A stretch of DNA of 64,000 bases from the human T2T-CHM13v2.0 reference genome, Homo sapiens, in NCBI RefSeq assembly GCF_009914755.1, contig NC_060946.1. One strand, given 5' to 3'. This document shows, one piece after another, positions 14,180-28,700 of the stretch. Numbering within the stretch: the stretch's first letter is position 1; each line of letters opens with the position of its first letter. Below the pieces are notes generated by a model. The model searched no databases. It worked only from the letters and a program-made list of their open reading frames with translations, and was not told the origin of the DNA. The translations under genes were made by a program, and so were the position numbers.

Positions 14180-17100
14180 GAGTGGAGTGGAGTGGAATGG
14201 AATGGAATAGAGTGGAGAGGAATGCAGTGGAATGGAATGGATCAGAGTGGAATGGAATGGAATGGAGTAGAGTGGAGTGGAGTAGAATGGATTAGAGTGG
14301 AGTGTAATGGAATGGAGTGGAATGGAACAGAGGGTAGTGGAATGAAATGGAATGGAGTGGAGTAGAGTGGAGTGGAGTGGAATAGAGTGGAATGGAGAGG
14401 AATGGAATTGAGTGGAAATGAATGGAATGGAGTGGTATGGAATGGAGTGGAGTTCAGTGGAGTGCAGTGGAGTGGAGTGGAGTGGAATGGAGTGGAATGG
14501 AGTGGAGTTCAGTGGAGTGGAGAGGAGTGGAGTGGAATGGAGTGGAATGGAGTGGAGTGGAATGGAATGGAGTGGAATGGAATGGAACGGAACGGAATGG
14601 AACGGAGCGGAGTGGGGTGGAGTGGAGTTGAGTGCAGTGGATCGAAGTGTAGTGGAATGGAATGCAACGAAGTGGAATGGAGTGGAGTGGAATGGAGTGG
14701 AGTGGAGTGGAATGGAATGGAGTTAAATGGAACCGAAAGGAATGGAATGGAATGGAACGGAACAAAACCGAGTGGAGTGGAGTGGAGTGGAGTTGAGTGC
14801 AGTGGATCGGAGTGCAGTAGAATGGAATGGAACGGAATGGAAGGGAATGGAGTGGAGTGGAATGGAGTAGAATGGAGTGGAGTGGAGTGATGTGGAGTTG
14901 AATTCAGTGAAATGTAGTGAAATGGACTGGAGTTGAATGGAGTGGACTAGAGTGGAATGGAATGGAGTGTAATGGAATGGAATGGAACAGAACGGAGTGG
15001 AATGGAATGGAATAGAATGGAATGGAATGGAATGGAATGGAACTGAACAGAACAGAACGGGGTGGAGTGGACTGGAATAGAGTTGAGTGCAGTGGATTGG
15101 AGTTCATTGAAATGGAATGGAATGGAGTGGAGTGCAGTAGAATGGAATGGAACGTAATGGAATGGAATGCAGTGGAGTAGAGTGGAGTGTTGAGTGGAGT
15201 AGAGTGAAATGGAATGAAATGGCATGGAATGGAATGAAATGGAGTGGAATTGAATGGAATGGATTGGAGGCGAATGGAATGGAATGCAAAGGAAAGGAAT
15301 GGAATGGTTTGGAGTGGAATGGAATAGAGGGGAGTGGAGTGAAATGGAGTTTAGTGGATTGGAAAGGAATGGAGAGGAGTGGAATGGAGTGGATTGGAGT
15401 GGAATGGAATGGATTGGAGTGGAGTGGAGTGGAGTGGAGTGGAATGGAGTGGTGTTGAATGGAGTGGAGTGGAGTGGAATGGAGTGGAGTGGAGTGGAAT
15501 GAACTGGAATGGAATGGAATGGAATGGTGAAATGAAATGTGATCTAAGATAGTGCCACTGCACTCCAGTCTGAGTGATAGAGTGTGATCCAGTCGAAGTA
15601 AAGGAATGTAATGGAAAGGAGAGGAGTGGAATGGAATGGAGTGGAATGGAGTGGAGAGGATTGGAATGGAGTGGAGTGGAATGAAATGGTTTGGAATTGT
15701 GTGGAATGGAGTGGAATGCAAGGGAATGTAATGGAGTGGAGTGAAATGGAATAGAGTGTAATGGAGTGGGGTGGAGTGGAATGGAATGGAATAGAGTGGA
15801 GTGGAGTGCAGTGGAAAGGAATGGATTGCAGTGGAATGGAATGGAATGGAGTGGAGTGGAGTGGAGTAGAATGGATTAGAGTGGAGTGGAATGGAATGGA
15901 GTGGAATGGAATAGATGAGAGTGGAATGAAAAGGAATGGAGTGGAGTAGAGTTGAGTGGAGTGGAATGGAGTGGAATGGAGAGGAATGGAATGGAGTGGA
16001 AATGAATGGAATGGAGTGGTATGGAATGGAGTGGAGTTCAGTGGAGTGGAGTGGAGTGGAATGGAGTGGAATGGAGTGGAGTGGAATGGAATGGAATGGA
16101 ATGGAATGGAATGGAATGGAATGGAACGGAATGGAATGGAAGGGAGCAGAGTGCGGTGGAGTGGAGTTGAGTGGAGTGGATCGAAGTGTAGTGGAATGGA
16201 ATGCAATGAAGTGGAATGGAGTGGAGCGTAATGGAGTGGAGTGGAACGGAATGGAATTAAATGGAATGGAAAGGAATGGAATGGAATGGAATGAAACGGA
16301 AAAAAACCGAGTGGAGTGGAGTGGAGTGGAGTGCAGTGGATTGGAATGCAGTGGAATGGAATGTAACAGAATGGAAGGGAATGGAATGGAATGGAGTGGA
16401 GTGGAATGGAATGGAATGGAATGGAGTGGAGTGATGTGGAGTCGAATTGCGTGAAATGAAGTGAAATGGAGTGGAGTTGAATGGACTGGAGTGGAGTGGA
16501 TTGGAATGGAGTGTAATGGAATGGAAAGGAACAGAGTGGAATGGAATGGAATGGAATGGAACAGAACGGAAAGGGGTGGAGTGGACTGGACTGGAATGGA
16601 GTTGAGTGCAGTGGATCGGAGTTCATTGAAATGAAATGGAATGGATTGGAGTGGAGTAGAATGGAATGAAACGTTATGGAATGGAATGCTGTGGAGTAGA
16701 GTGGAGTGTTGTGGAGTGGAGTGGAGTGAAATGGAATGAAATGGCATGGAATGGAATGAAATGGAGTGGAATTCAATGGAATGGAGGGGAGTGGAATGGA
16801 ATGGAATGCAATGGAAAGGAATGGAATGGTTTGGAGTGGAACGGAATGGAGGGGAGTGGAGTGAAATGCAGATTAGTGGATTGGAATGGAATGGAGTGGA
16901 GTGGAATGGAGTGGATTGGAGTGGAATGCAATGGATTGGAGTGGAGTGCAGTGGAGTGGAATGGAGTGGAGTCGAATGGAGTGGAGCGGAGTGGAATGGA
17001 GTGGAGAGTAATGAAGTGGAATGGAATGGAATGGAATGGAATGGAATGGAATGGAATGGAATGGAATGGTGAAATGAAATGTGATCTAAGATAGTGCCAC

Positions 17101-17290
17101 TGCACTCCAGTCTGAATGATAGAGTGTGATCCAGTCGAAGTAAAGGAATGGAATAGAATGGAGAGAAGTGGAATGGAATGGAGTGGTATGGAGTGGAGAG
17201 GATTGGAATGGAGTGGAGTGGAATGAAATGGTTTGGAATTGTGTGGAATGGAGTGGAATGGAAGGGAATGTAATGGAGTGGAGTGAAATG
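14180..17290 (+). repeat. ~1.54-kb tandem duplication including one Alu cassette
   Basis: Cassettes at 15539 and 17081 share private variants (gaTctaagatAgtgcc, gaTagagtgTgatcc). Paired landmarks: tcgaagtgtag 14642/16181, aaaaccgagtgg ~14765/16303, gttcattgaaat ~15102/16621, ggtttggaattgtgtgg ~15688/17230. Confidence 0.88.
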
Positions 17291-18620
17291 GAATGGAGTG
17301 GAATGGAGTGGAGTGGAGTGGAATGGAATTAAAAGGAATGAAACAGAATGGAATGGAATGTGGTGGAATGGAATGGAGTGGAGTGGAATGGAATGGAGTA
17401 GAACGGAACTGAACAGAATGGAATGGACCAGAATGGAATGGAGCAGAGTGGGGTGAAGTTGAGTTGAGTGGAGTGAATCGTAGTGCACTGGAATGGAATG
17501 GAATGGAATGGAATGGAATGGAATGGAATGGAATGGAATGGAGTAGAATGGAGTGGAGTGGAGTGGAGTGAAGTTTAATGGAGTGGAGTGGAGTTGAGTG
17601 GAGTTGTGTGGAATGGAAGGGAATGGGATGGAATGAAATGCAATGGAATGGAATGGAATGGAAAGCAAAAGAGAGGAGTGAAGTGGAGTGGAGTTGAGTG
17701 CAGTGTATCGGAGTGCAGAGGAATGGAATGGAATGGAATGGAATGGAGTGGAGTGGAATGGAATAAAATGGAATGGAGCAGAGTGCAGTGGAGTGGTGTG
17801 GAGAGGAATTGAGTGGAATGGAGTGAAATGGAGTGGAGTGAAATGGAATAGAATGGAGTGGAGTGTAGTAGAATGGAGTGGAGTGGAATGGAATGGAGTG
17901 GAATATAATGGACTGGAGTGGAATGGAATAGAGTGGAGTTGAGTGGAGTTGAGTGGAGTGGAATGGAGTGGAATGGAATGGATTGGAGTGGAAAGGAATG
18001 GACTGGAGTGGAATGGAATGGAACAGAAAGAAACAGAACAAAGGGGAATGGACTGGAATGGAGTGGAGTGGAGTTGAGTTGAGTGCATCAGAGTGCAGTG
18101 GAATGGAATGGATTGGAGTTTAATGGAGAGGAGTGGAGTGGAATGGAGTGAAATGGAGTGTAATGGAACGGAATGGAACGGAACAGAATGGAATAGAGTG
18201 GGGTGGTGTGGAGGGGAGTTGAGTGGAGTGGAACGAAGCGCAGTGGAATGGAAAGGAATGGAATGGAGTGTAGTGGAGTAGAGTGGAGTGTGGTGGAGTT
18301 GAGCGGAATGATGTGGAATGTAATGGATTGGAATAAAATGGAATGGAGTGGAGTGCAGTGGAGTGGTGTGGAGTGGAATTGAGTGGAATGGAGTGAAATG
18401 GAGTGGAGTGAAATGGAATGGAATAGAGTGTAGTGTAGTAGAATGGAGTGGAGTGGAGTGGAACGGAATGGAAAGGAATTGAAAGTAATGGAATGGAACA
18501 GAATGGAATGGAGTGGAGTGGAAAGGAGTGTAGTGGAGTTGATTTGAGTGTATCAGAGTGTAATGGATTGGAGTGGCGTGGAATGGAATGGAGTGGGGTG
18601 AAGTGGAGTGGAATGGAATG

Positions 18621-18700
18621 GAATGGAGTCTAGTGGAACGGAAAGTAAAGGAATGGAATGGAATGGAGTCTAGTGGAACGGAAAGTAAAGGAATGGAATG
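18621..18700 (+). repeat. Perfect 40-bp tandem duplication
   Basis: gaatggagtctagtggaacggaaagtaaaggaatggaatg x2. Confidence 0.9.
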
Positions 18701-21700
18701 GAATGGAATGGAACGGAATGGAATTGCAGGAAATAGAACGGAGTGGAGTGGAGTGGAGATGAGTGGATTGGATGGGAGTGCAGTGGAATGGAATGGAATG
18801 AAGTGGAATGGAAAGGAGTGCAATGGAATGCAATGGAATGGAAGGGAGTGGAGTGGATTGGAATGGAATGGAGTTTAGAGGAGCGGAGTGGAGTGGATTG
18901 GAGTGGAGTGGAATGGAATGGAGTGGAGAGGAGTGGAGTGGAATGGAGAGGAATGGAATGGAGCAGAGTGGAGTGGAATGGAATGGAGTGGCATGGAATG
19001 GCGTGGAGTTGACTGGAATGCAGTAGAGTGGAGTGTAGTGGAGTGGAGTTGAGTGGAGTGGAGTGGAGTTGAGTGTAATGGAGTAAAATGGATTATAGTG
19101 GAATGGAATGGAGTGGAATGGAATGGAACGGAAAGGAATGGAATGGATTGGAACAGAATGGAGTGGAGTGGAGTAGAGTTGAGTGGAGAGAAGAGGAGTG
19201 CAGTGGAATGGAATGAAATTTAGTGGAATGGAGTGGAATGGAAGGGAGTGGAGTGGAATTGAATGGAATGGAATGGAACTGAATGCAATGGAATGGAATG
19301 CAATGGAATGGAAAGGAACGAAATGGAGTGGAGTGAGGTGGAGCGGAGTAGACTTGAGTGGATCGAAGTGCAGTAGAATGGAATGGAATGGAATGGAGTT
19401 GAGTGGAATGGAATGGAACGTATTGGAATGCAGTGAAGTGGATTGGAATGGAAGGGAATGGAATAGATTGGAATGAATGGAATAGTGAAATGAAATGTGA
19501 GATAAGATTGTGCCACTGCACTCCAGTCTGGTAGAAAGTGTGCGATCCTTTCGAAATAAAGGAATGGAATGGAAAGGAGTGGAATGGAATGGAATGGAGT
19601 GGAATGCAGTGGAGTGGAGTGGAATGGAGTGGAGTGGAATGGAGAGGGGTGGAGTGGAATGGAGCAGAAAGGAATGGAAAAGAATGGAGTGGAATGGAAT
19701 GGAATGGAGTGGAAAGTTACTGAGTGGAGTGAAGTGGAGAGGATTGGAGTTGAATGGAGTGGAATGGAGTGAAATTGATTGGAGTGGAATGGAGTGTAGT
19801 GGAATGGAATGGAGTGGAATGGAACGGAACAGAACGGAATGTGACGGAACAGAATGGAACAGAGTGAAGTGGAGTGGAGTGGTGTGGAATGGAGTGCAAT
19901 GAAGTTGAATGGAAAGGAGTGGCATGGAATGGAATGGAATGGAACCGACTGGAATGGAATGGAGTGGAATGGAATGGAATGGAAAGGAACAGAGTGGAGT
20001 GGAGTGGAGTGGAATTGAGTGGAGTGGATCAGAGTGCAGTGGAATTGAATGGAATGGAATGGAAAGGAATGGAATTGAGTGGTGTGGCATGGAATGGAAT
20101 GAAATGGAGTGGAGTGGAGTAGAGCGGAGTTGAGTGGAGTGGATCGGAGAGCAGTGAAATGGAATGGAATGCAATGGAATGGAATGGAGTGGGTTGGAAT
20201 GGAATAGAATGTAATGGAATGGAGAGGACTGGACTGGAGTGGAGTGGAGCAGAGTGGAATGGAATGGAATGTAATAGAATGGAATGGAGTGGAGTGGAAT
20301 GGAATTGAGTGGAATGGAGTGGTGTGGAGTGGAATCGAGTGGAATGGAATGGAATGGAGTGGAGTGGAATGGAATGGAATAGAATGGAATGTAATGTAAT
20401 GGAATGGAGTGGAGTGGAATGGAATGGAATGGAATGGAATGGAATGGAGTGGAATGGAATGGAATGGAGTTAAATGGAATGGAGTGGAGAGAAGTGGAGT
20501 GGAGAGGAGTGGAAGGGAGTGGAGTGGAGTGGAATGGAATGGGGGGGTGGAATGAAGTGGAGTGGAATGGAATGGAATGTAGGAGAGAAATGGAATGGAG
20601 TGGAGTGGAGTAGAATGGAATGGAGAGGAATTGAGTGGAATGGAGTGAAATAGAATGGAGTGGAGTGGAATGGAATGCAGTGGAAAGGACTGGAATAGAA
20701 CAGAATGGAATGGAACGGAATGGAATGGAATGGATTGGAGTGGAGTGGAGTGGAGTGGAATGGAGAAGAAAGGAATGGAGTGGAGTGAAATGGAATGGAA
20801 TGGAATGGAACAGAAATAAATGGAATGAAATGGAACGGCATGGAATGGAACGGAACAGAATGGAGTGGAGTGGAATGGAGTGGAGTTGAGTGCAGTGGAA
20901 AGGAGTGCAATGGAATGGAACGGAATGGAATAGAATGCAATGGAATGGAATGTAGTGGAGTGGAATGGAATGGAATGGAATGGAGTGGAGTGGAGTGGAG
21001 TGGATTGGAGTGGAGTGGATGGTGTGGAATGGAATGGAATTTATTGGAATGGAATGGAATGGAGTGGAGTGGAATAGAATGGAACAGAATGGAATGGAAT
21101 GGAGTGGAGTGGAATAGAATGGAACAGAATGGAATGGAATGGAAAGGAATGGAATCGAATGGAATGGAATGGAAAGGAATGGAATGTTGTGGAGTGGAAC
21201 GGCATGGAGTGGAGTGGAATGGAATGCACTGGAGTGGAGTGGATTGGAATGGAATGGAGTGGAAAGGAATGGAATGGAATGGACAGGAATGGAGCGGAAT
21301 GTAATGGAATGCAATGGAATGGAATGTAATGGAATGGAATGGAATGGAATTGAGTGGAGTGGAGTTGTCTTGCGTACAGTAGATCGGACTGCATTGAAAT
21401 GGAATGGAATGGAATCAAATGGAATGGAATGGAAGGGAGTGGAGCGGAATGGAATGGAATGGAGTACAGTGTAGTGTAGTGTAGTGTAGTGGAATGGAAT
21501 GAAATGCAGTGGAGTACAGTAGATTGTAGTGGAGTGGAGTGCAATGCAATGGAATCCAGTGGAATGGAATGGAATGGAGTGGAATGAAATGGAAAGGAGT
21601 GGAATGGATTGGAATGAAGTGGTGTGGAATGGAATGGAATGGAGTGGTATGGAATGGAATGGAATGGTATTGGGGTGGAGTGGAGTGGATTGAAATTGAG

Positions 21701-24700
21701 TGTAGTGGATCGGAGTGCAATGGAATGGAATTGAATGGAATGGAATGGAATGCAATGAAATGGAATGCAATGGAATGGAATGGAACGTAATGCAACGGAG
21801 TGGAGTGGAGTGGAGTGGAGTTGATGGCAGTGGATCAGAGTGCAGTGGAATGGATTGGAACGGAATGGAATGGAATGGAGTGGAGTGGAATGGAATGGAA
21901 TGAAGTGGAATGCAATGTAGTGGAGTGGAATGGAGTGGAGTGGAGTGAAATGGATGAAATGGAGTGGAGTGGCGTGAAGTGGATTGGAATGGAACAGAAC
22001 CGAATGGAATAGATAGGAAAGGAATGGAATGGAAAGAATTGGAGTAGAGTGGAGTGGAGTGGAGGGAAGTGGAGTGGAATGGAGTGGAATGGAGTGGAAC
22101 AGAGTGGAGTGGAGTGGATTAGAATTGAGTGAAGTGTATCGCCGTGCAGGGGAATGGAATGGAATGGAATGGAATGGAATGGAATGGAATGGAATGGAAT
22201 GGAGTGGAGTGGAGTGGAGTGGAGTGGAATGGAATGGAATGGAATGGAATGGAATGGAATGGAATGGAATGGAATGGAGTGGAGTGGAATGGAATGGAAT
22301 GGAAAGGAATGGAGTGGAGTGGAGTGGATTGTAGTGGAAAGGAATGGAGTGGAGTGGAATGTATTGGAGTGCAGTGGAGTGGAATATAATGGAATCTAGT
22401 GGCATGGAATAGAATGGAGTGGAATGAAACAGAATGGGGTGGAATGGAATGGAATGGAGTGGTGTGGAATGGAATGGAATGGAGGGGAATGGAATATAAT
22501 GGAATGGAATGAAATGGAAGGGAATGGTGAAATGATATTTGAGCTAAGATTGTGCAACTGCACTGAAGTCTGGATGACAGAGAGAGAGCCAGTCGAAATA
22601 AAGGAGTGGAATGAAATGGAGTCGAATGGAATGGAATGGAGTGCAGTGGTACGGAATGGAGTGCAATGGATTGGAGTGGAGTGGAACAGAGTGCAGTGTA
22701 GTGGAGTTGACTGGAGTGCATCAGAGTGCAGTGGAATGGAATGGAATGCAATGGGTAGGAAAGGAGTGTAGTGTAATGGAGTGGAATGGAGTGAACAGGT
22801 GTGGAGTGGAATGGAGTGGAGTGGAATGGAATGGTGTGGAATGGAAAGGAAGAGAATAGAAAGGAACGGAATAGAATGGAATGGAGTGGAGTGAAGTGGA
22901 ATGAAGAGGGGTGGATTGGAATGGAATGGACCCGTGTGTAGTGGAGTGGAGTGGATTGGAGTGGAATGTGGGGGAAGGGAATGGAGTGGAGTGGAATGGA
23001 ATGGAATGGAATGGAATGGAATGGAACAGAATGGAACAGAATGGAACGGAATGGAAGGGAATGAACAGAATAGAATGGAATGGAAAATAGTGGAGTGGAT
23101 TGGAGTGGCATAGAGTTGAGTGCAATGTATTGCAGTGCAGTGGAATGGAATAGAATGGAATGGAATGGAATGGTGAAATGATATGTGAGCTAAGATTGTG
23201 CAACTGCACTCCAATCTGGGTGACAGAGAGAGACCCAGTCCAAATAAAGGAGTGAAATGGAATGGAGTTGAATGGAATGGAATGGAGTGCAGTGGTATGC
23301 AATGGTGTGCAATGGAGTGGAGTGGAGTGGAACAGACTGTAGAGAAGTGGACTTGACAGGAGTGGATCAGAGTGCAGTGGAATGGAATGGAATGCAATGC
23401 ACAGGAATGGAGTGGAGTGGAATGGAGTGAACAGGAGTGGAGTGGAATGGAGTGAAGTGGAAAGCAATGGTGTTGAGTGGCATGGAACAGAATGGAATGG
23501 AACTGAATGGAACAGAATGGAGTCGAGGGAAGTGGAGTGGAGTGGAATGGAATGGACTGGTGTGTAGCCGAGAGGAGTGCATTGGAGTGGAATGGAGGGG
23601 AAGGTAATAGAGTTGAGTGGAATGGAATGGAATGGAATAGAATGGAATGGAAAGTAGTGGAGTGGATTGGAGTGGAGTGGAGTTGAGCGGAGTGGAGTAG
23701 AGTGGAATGGATTGGAGTGGAACAGAGTGGAGTGGAATGAAGTGGAATGGTTTGGAATGGAATTTAGTGGCATGGAATGGAACGGAGTGGATTGGAGTGG
23801 AGTGGAATGGAGTAGAATGCAGTGAAATGGAGTGGAATGGAATGGAGTGGAATGGTACACAACAGAATGGAAAGGAAAGTAATGGAGAGGAGTGGAGTGA
23901 AGTGGAGTGGAGTTGAGTGGAGTGGATCGGAGTGTACTGGAATGTAATGTAATGGAATGGAATGGAATGGAGTGAAGTGGAGTGGAGTGGAGCAGAAGGG
24001 AGTCGAATGGAATGGAGTAAAGTGGAATGGAATGGAAAGGAATGGAATGGAATGGAACGGAACGGAAAAGAACGGAGTGGAGTTGATTGGAGTTCAGTGG
24101 AGTGGATGGAAGTGCAGTGGAATGGAATGGAATGGAATAGAATGGAGTGGAGTGGAGCGGAATGGAGTTGAGTGGAGCATACTGGAGTGGAGAGGAATGG
24201 AATGGAATGGAATGGAATGGAATGTTAAAATGGAATGTGAGCTAAGATTGTGCCACTGCACTGCAGTCTGGGTGACAGAGTGAGATCCAAACGAAATAAC
24301 CGAATAGAATGGAATGGAGTGGAATGGAATGGAATGGAGTGGAGTGGAATGGAATGGAGTGGAATGGAGTGGAATTTAGTGTAGTGGAATGGAGTGGAAT
24401 GGAGTGAAACGGACGGGAATGGAATGGAGTGGAATGGAGTGGAATGGAATGGAATGGAATGAAATGGAATGGAATGGAATGGTGAAATGAAATGTGAGCT
24501 AAGATTGTGCCACTGCACTCCAATATGTGTGACAGAGTGAGATTCAGTCGAAATAAAGGAATGGAATGGAATGGATTAGAAAGGAATAGAATGGAGTGGA
24601 GTGGAATGGAATGGAGGGGAATGGAGTGGAGTGGATTGGAAAGGAGTGGAATTTAATGGAGTGGAGTGGAATGGAGTGGAATGGAATGGAGTGGAATGGA

Positions 24701-25470
24701 ACGGAGTGAAATGGAATGGAACTGAATGGAACGGAATGGAATGCAACGGAGTGGAGTGCAGTGGAATAGAGTGGAGTGTAGTGGAGTGCAGTGGAATGGA
24801 GTGGAATGGAAAAGAGTGGAGTGGAATGGAATGGAATGGAATGGAACGGAATGGTACGGAGTGGAGTGGAGTTGATTGGAGAGCAGTGGATTGGAGTGGA
24901 AGAGAGTGGAGTGTATTGGAGTGGAGTGCAATGGAGTGGAACGGAGTGGAATGGACAGGAGTGGAGGGGAATGGAATGGAATGGAACGGAATGGAGTGGA
25001 GTGGAGTTGATTGGATAAGAGTGGCTTGGAGTGGAATAGAGTGGAGTGGAGTCGAGTGGAGTGGAATGGAGTGGAATGGTGTGGAATGGAAAGGAGTGGA
25101 GTGGAATGGAATGCAATGCAATGCAATGCAATGGAATGCAAAGGAAGGGAACAGAGTGGAGTGGAGTGGAGTTGATTGGAGGGGATTGGAGACCAGTGAA
25201 ATGGAATGGAATGGAATCTAATTGAATGGAAACGAATGGAATTGAATGGAATGGTGAAATGAAATGTGAAATAAGATTGTGGAACTGCACTACAATCTGG
25301 GAGACAGAGTGAGATCCTGGCAAAATAAAAGAATGGAATGGAATGGAGTAGAATGCAATGGAATGGAGAGAAGTGGAATGGAGTGGTGTGGAGTGTAATG
25401 GAGTTGAGTGGAATTCAGTGGAGTGCAAAGAATTGGAAAGGGGTGGAATGGAATGGAGTGGAATGCAATG

Positions 25471-25730
25471 GAATGGAATGAAGTGGAATGCAATGTAGTT
25501 GAATGGAATGGAGTGGAGTGCAATAGAGTGGAGTGGATTGGAGTGGAATGGAGATGAATTGAGTGAAATGGAGTGGAGTGGAATGGAGTGGAGTGGAATG
25601 GAATGAAGTGGAATGCAATGTAGTTGAATGGAATGGAGTGGAGTGCAATAGAGTGGAGTGGATTGGAGTGGAATGGAGATGAATTGAGTGAAATGGAGTG
25701 GAGTGGAATGGAGTGGAGTGGAATGGAATG
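25471..25730 (+). repeat. 125-bp tandem duplication
   Basis: caatgtagttgaatgg...gtgcaatagagtgg...gagatgaattgagtgaaatgg at 25491 and 25616. Confidence 0.87.
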
Positions 25731-28700
25731 AAGTGGAATGGAACGGAATGGAATAGAACGGAGTGGAAAGGAATGGAATGGAGCAGAACGGAAAGGAATG
25801 GAATGGAGTGGAGTGGAGTGCAGTGGAGTGGAGTTGAGAGGAGTGGATCTGAGTGCAGTGGAATGGAATGGAATGAAATGGAATGAAATGGAGTGGAGTA
25901 CAGTGCAGTGAAGTGGAGTTGAGAGGAGTGGATCTGAGTGCAGTGGAATGCAATGGAATGAAATGGAGTGGAGTGCAGTGAAGTGGAGTACAGTGGAGTG
26001 GAATGGAGTGGAGTGGAGGGGAAAGTAATTGAGTGCAGTGGAATGGAAAGAAATGGAAAGTAATGGAATAGAATGGAATGGAATGGAGTGGAGTGGAGTA
26101 GAGTGGAGTTGAGTGGAGTGGATCGCAGTGCAGTGGAATGGAATGGAATGGAATGGAATGGAATAGAATGGAATGGAATGGAGTGCAGTGCAATGGAATT
26201 GAATAAATTGGAGTGGAGTGGAATGGAATGGAGTTGAGTGGAGTGGATTAGAGTGGAATGGAATGCAGTGGAGTGTGCTGGAATGGAATGGAATAGAATG
26301 GAATGGAATGGAATGGTGAAATGAAATGTGAGATAAGATTGTGCCACTGCACTCCAGTCTGGTTGACAGAGTGAGATCCAGTCGAAATAATGGACTGCAA
26401 TGGAATGGAGTGGAATGGAATGGAATGGAGTGGAATGGAATGGAATGGAATTGAATGGAGTGGAATGCATTGGAATAAAATGAAGTGGAGTGGAATGGAA
26501 TAAAGCGGAGTGGAGTGAAATGCAGTTGAGTGGAATGGACTGGAGTGAAATGGAGTGGAATGGATTGGAATGGAATGGAGTGGAATGGAATGGAATGGAG
26601 TGGAATGGAACGAAGTGACGTGGAGTGGAGTGGCGTTGAATGGAGTGGAATGGAGTGAAATGGTGTGGAGTGAAGTGGAGCAGAGTGGAGTAAAATGGAG
26701 TGGACTGGAGTGGAATGGAGTGGAGTGGAATGGAATGGAATCGAATGGAATGGAGTGGAATGGGATGGAATGGAATGCAATGCAATGAATTGAAATGGAA
26801 TGGAGTGGAATGGAATGGAGTGGAGTGGAGTGGAGTGGAATGGAAAGCAATGGAGTGAAATGGAATGGAGTGGAATGGAGTGGAGTGGAATGGAGAGCAA
26901 TGGAATGAAATGGAATGGAGTGGAATGGAGTGGAATAGAAAGAGATGAAGTGGAATGGAGTGGAATGGAACAGAACAGAACTGAATGGAAAGGAGTGGAG
27001 TGGAGTGGTTCGGAGTGCAGTGGAATGGAATGGAATGGAGTGGAGTGGAATGGAAAGAAATGGAACAGAATTGAATGGGATATAAAGAAATGGATTGGAT
27101 GAAAACGGAACGGAGTGGACTGGAGTTGAGTGGAGTGGATCGGAGTGCAGTGGAATGGAATGGAATAAAATGGAATGCAGTGGAGTGGAATGGAATGAAG
27201 TGGAGTGGAATGGAATGAAGTGGAGCGGAGTGGAGTGCAATGGAGTGGAGTGGAGTGGAGTTGAATGGAATGGAGTAGAGTGTAGTGGAATGTAATGGAA
27301 TAGAATGGAATGGAATGGAATGGAATGGTGAAATGAAATGTGAGCTAAGATTGTGCTACTGCACTCCAGTTGAGTGACAAAGTGGAATCCAGTTGACGTA
27401 AAGGAACGGAATGGAATGGAGTAAAATGGTATGGAATGGAGTGGAGTGGAATCGAATGGAGTGTAATGGAGTGGAGTAGACTGGAATTGAGTGGAGTGGA
27501 ATGGAGTGGAGTGGAGTGGAGTGGAGTGAAATGGAACGGAACCGAACGGAATGGAATGGAATGCAACGGAGTGGAGTAGAGTGGAGTATAGTGGAGTGGA
27601 GTGGAATGGAATAGAGTGGAGTGGAGTGGAATGGAATGGAGTGGAAAGGAGTGGAATGGAATGGAATGGAATGGAATGGAATGGAATGGAATGGAACGGA
27701 ATGGAATGGAAGGTAATGGTGAAATGAAATGTGAGCTAATATTGTGCCACTACACTACAGTCTGGGTGACAGAGTGAGATCCAGTCAAAATAAAGGAATG
27801 GAATGGAATGGAATGGAGTAGAATGGAATGGAGAGGAGTGGAATAAAATGAAGAGGAATGGAGTGGACTTGAGAGGAATGAAATGGAATGCAGTGGAATG
27901 GAATGGAGTGGAATGGAATGGAATGGAATGAAAAGAAATGGAGTGGAGTGGAATGGAGTGGAATGGGATGGAGTGGAGTGGAATGGGATGGGATGGAGTG
28001 GAGTGGAATGGGATGGAGTGGAGTGGAATGGGATGGAGTGGAGTGGAATGGAGTGGAATGGAAAGAAATGGCAAGGAGTGGAATGGAATGGAGTGGAATG
28101 GAAAGGAGTGGACTGGTGAAGATTGGAGTTGATGGGAGTGGAATGGAGTGGAGAGGAGTGGAGTGGAGTGGAATTGAGTGGAAAGGAGTGAAATGGTGTG
28201 GAATTGGAATGGGGTGGAGTGGAATGGAATGGAGTGGAATGGTATGGAACAGAATGGAATGGAACAAAATGGAATGGAGTGGAGTGCAGAGGAATTGAGA
28301 GGAGTGGATCAGAGTGCAATGGAATGGAAAGGAATGGAATGGAATGGATTGGAGTGGAGTTGAGTGGAGTGGAGTGGAATGCAGAAGAATGGAGAGGAAT
28401 GGAATGGAGTGGAATGGAATGGTATGGTAGGGAATGGAGTGTAGTGGAGTGAAGTGGTGTGAAGCTGAGTGGAGTGAATCAGAGTGCAGTGAAATGGAAT
28501 GGTATGGAATGGAATGGAATTTAATGGAGTGGAATGGAATGGAGTGGACTGGAACGGAATGAAATGGATTGGATTGGAATGGAGTTGAGTGGAGTTGAGT
28601 TGAGTGGAGTGGAGTGGAATGGAATGGAATGCAAAAGAATGGAATGGAGTGCAATGGAATTGTGAAATGAAATGTGAGCTAAGATTGTGCCACTGTACTC

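Noticed and set aside
21361-21400. Short non-satellite-looking patches (ggagttgtcttgcgtacagtagatcggactgc; similar at ~10541, ~22135, ~40161)
   Set aside because: They stay in pentamer register and align to the GGAGTTGAGTGGAGTGGATCGGAGTGCAGT phrase or neighbouring pentamers with clustered substitutions; not foreign inserts.
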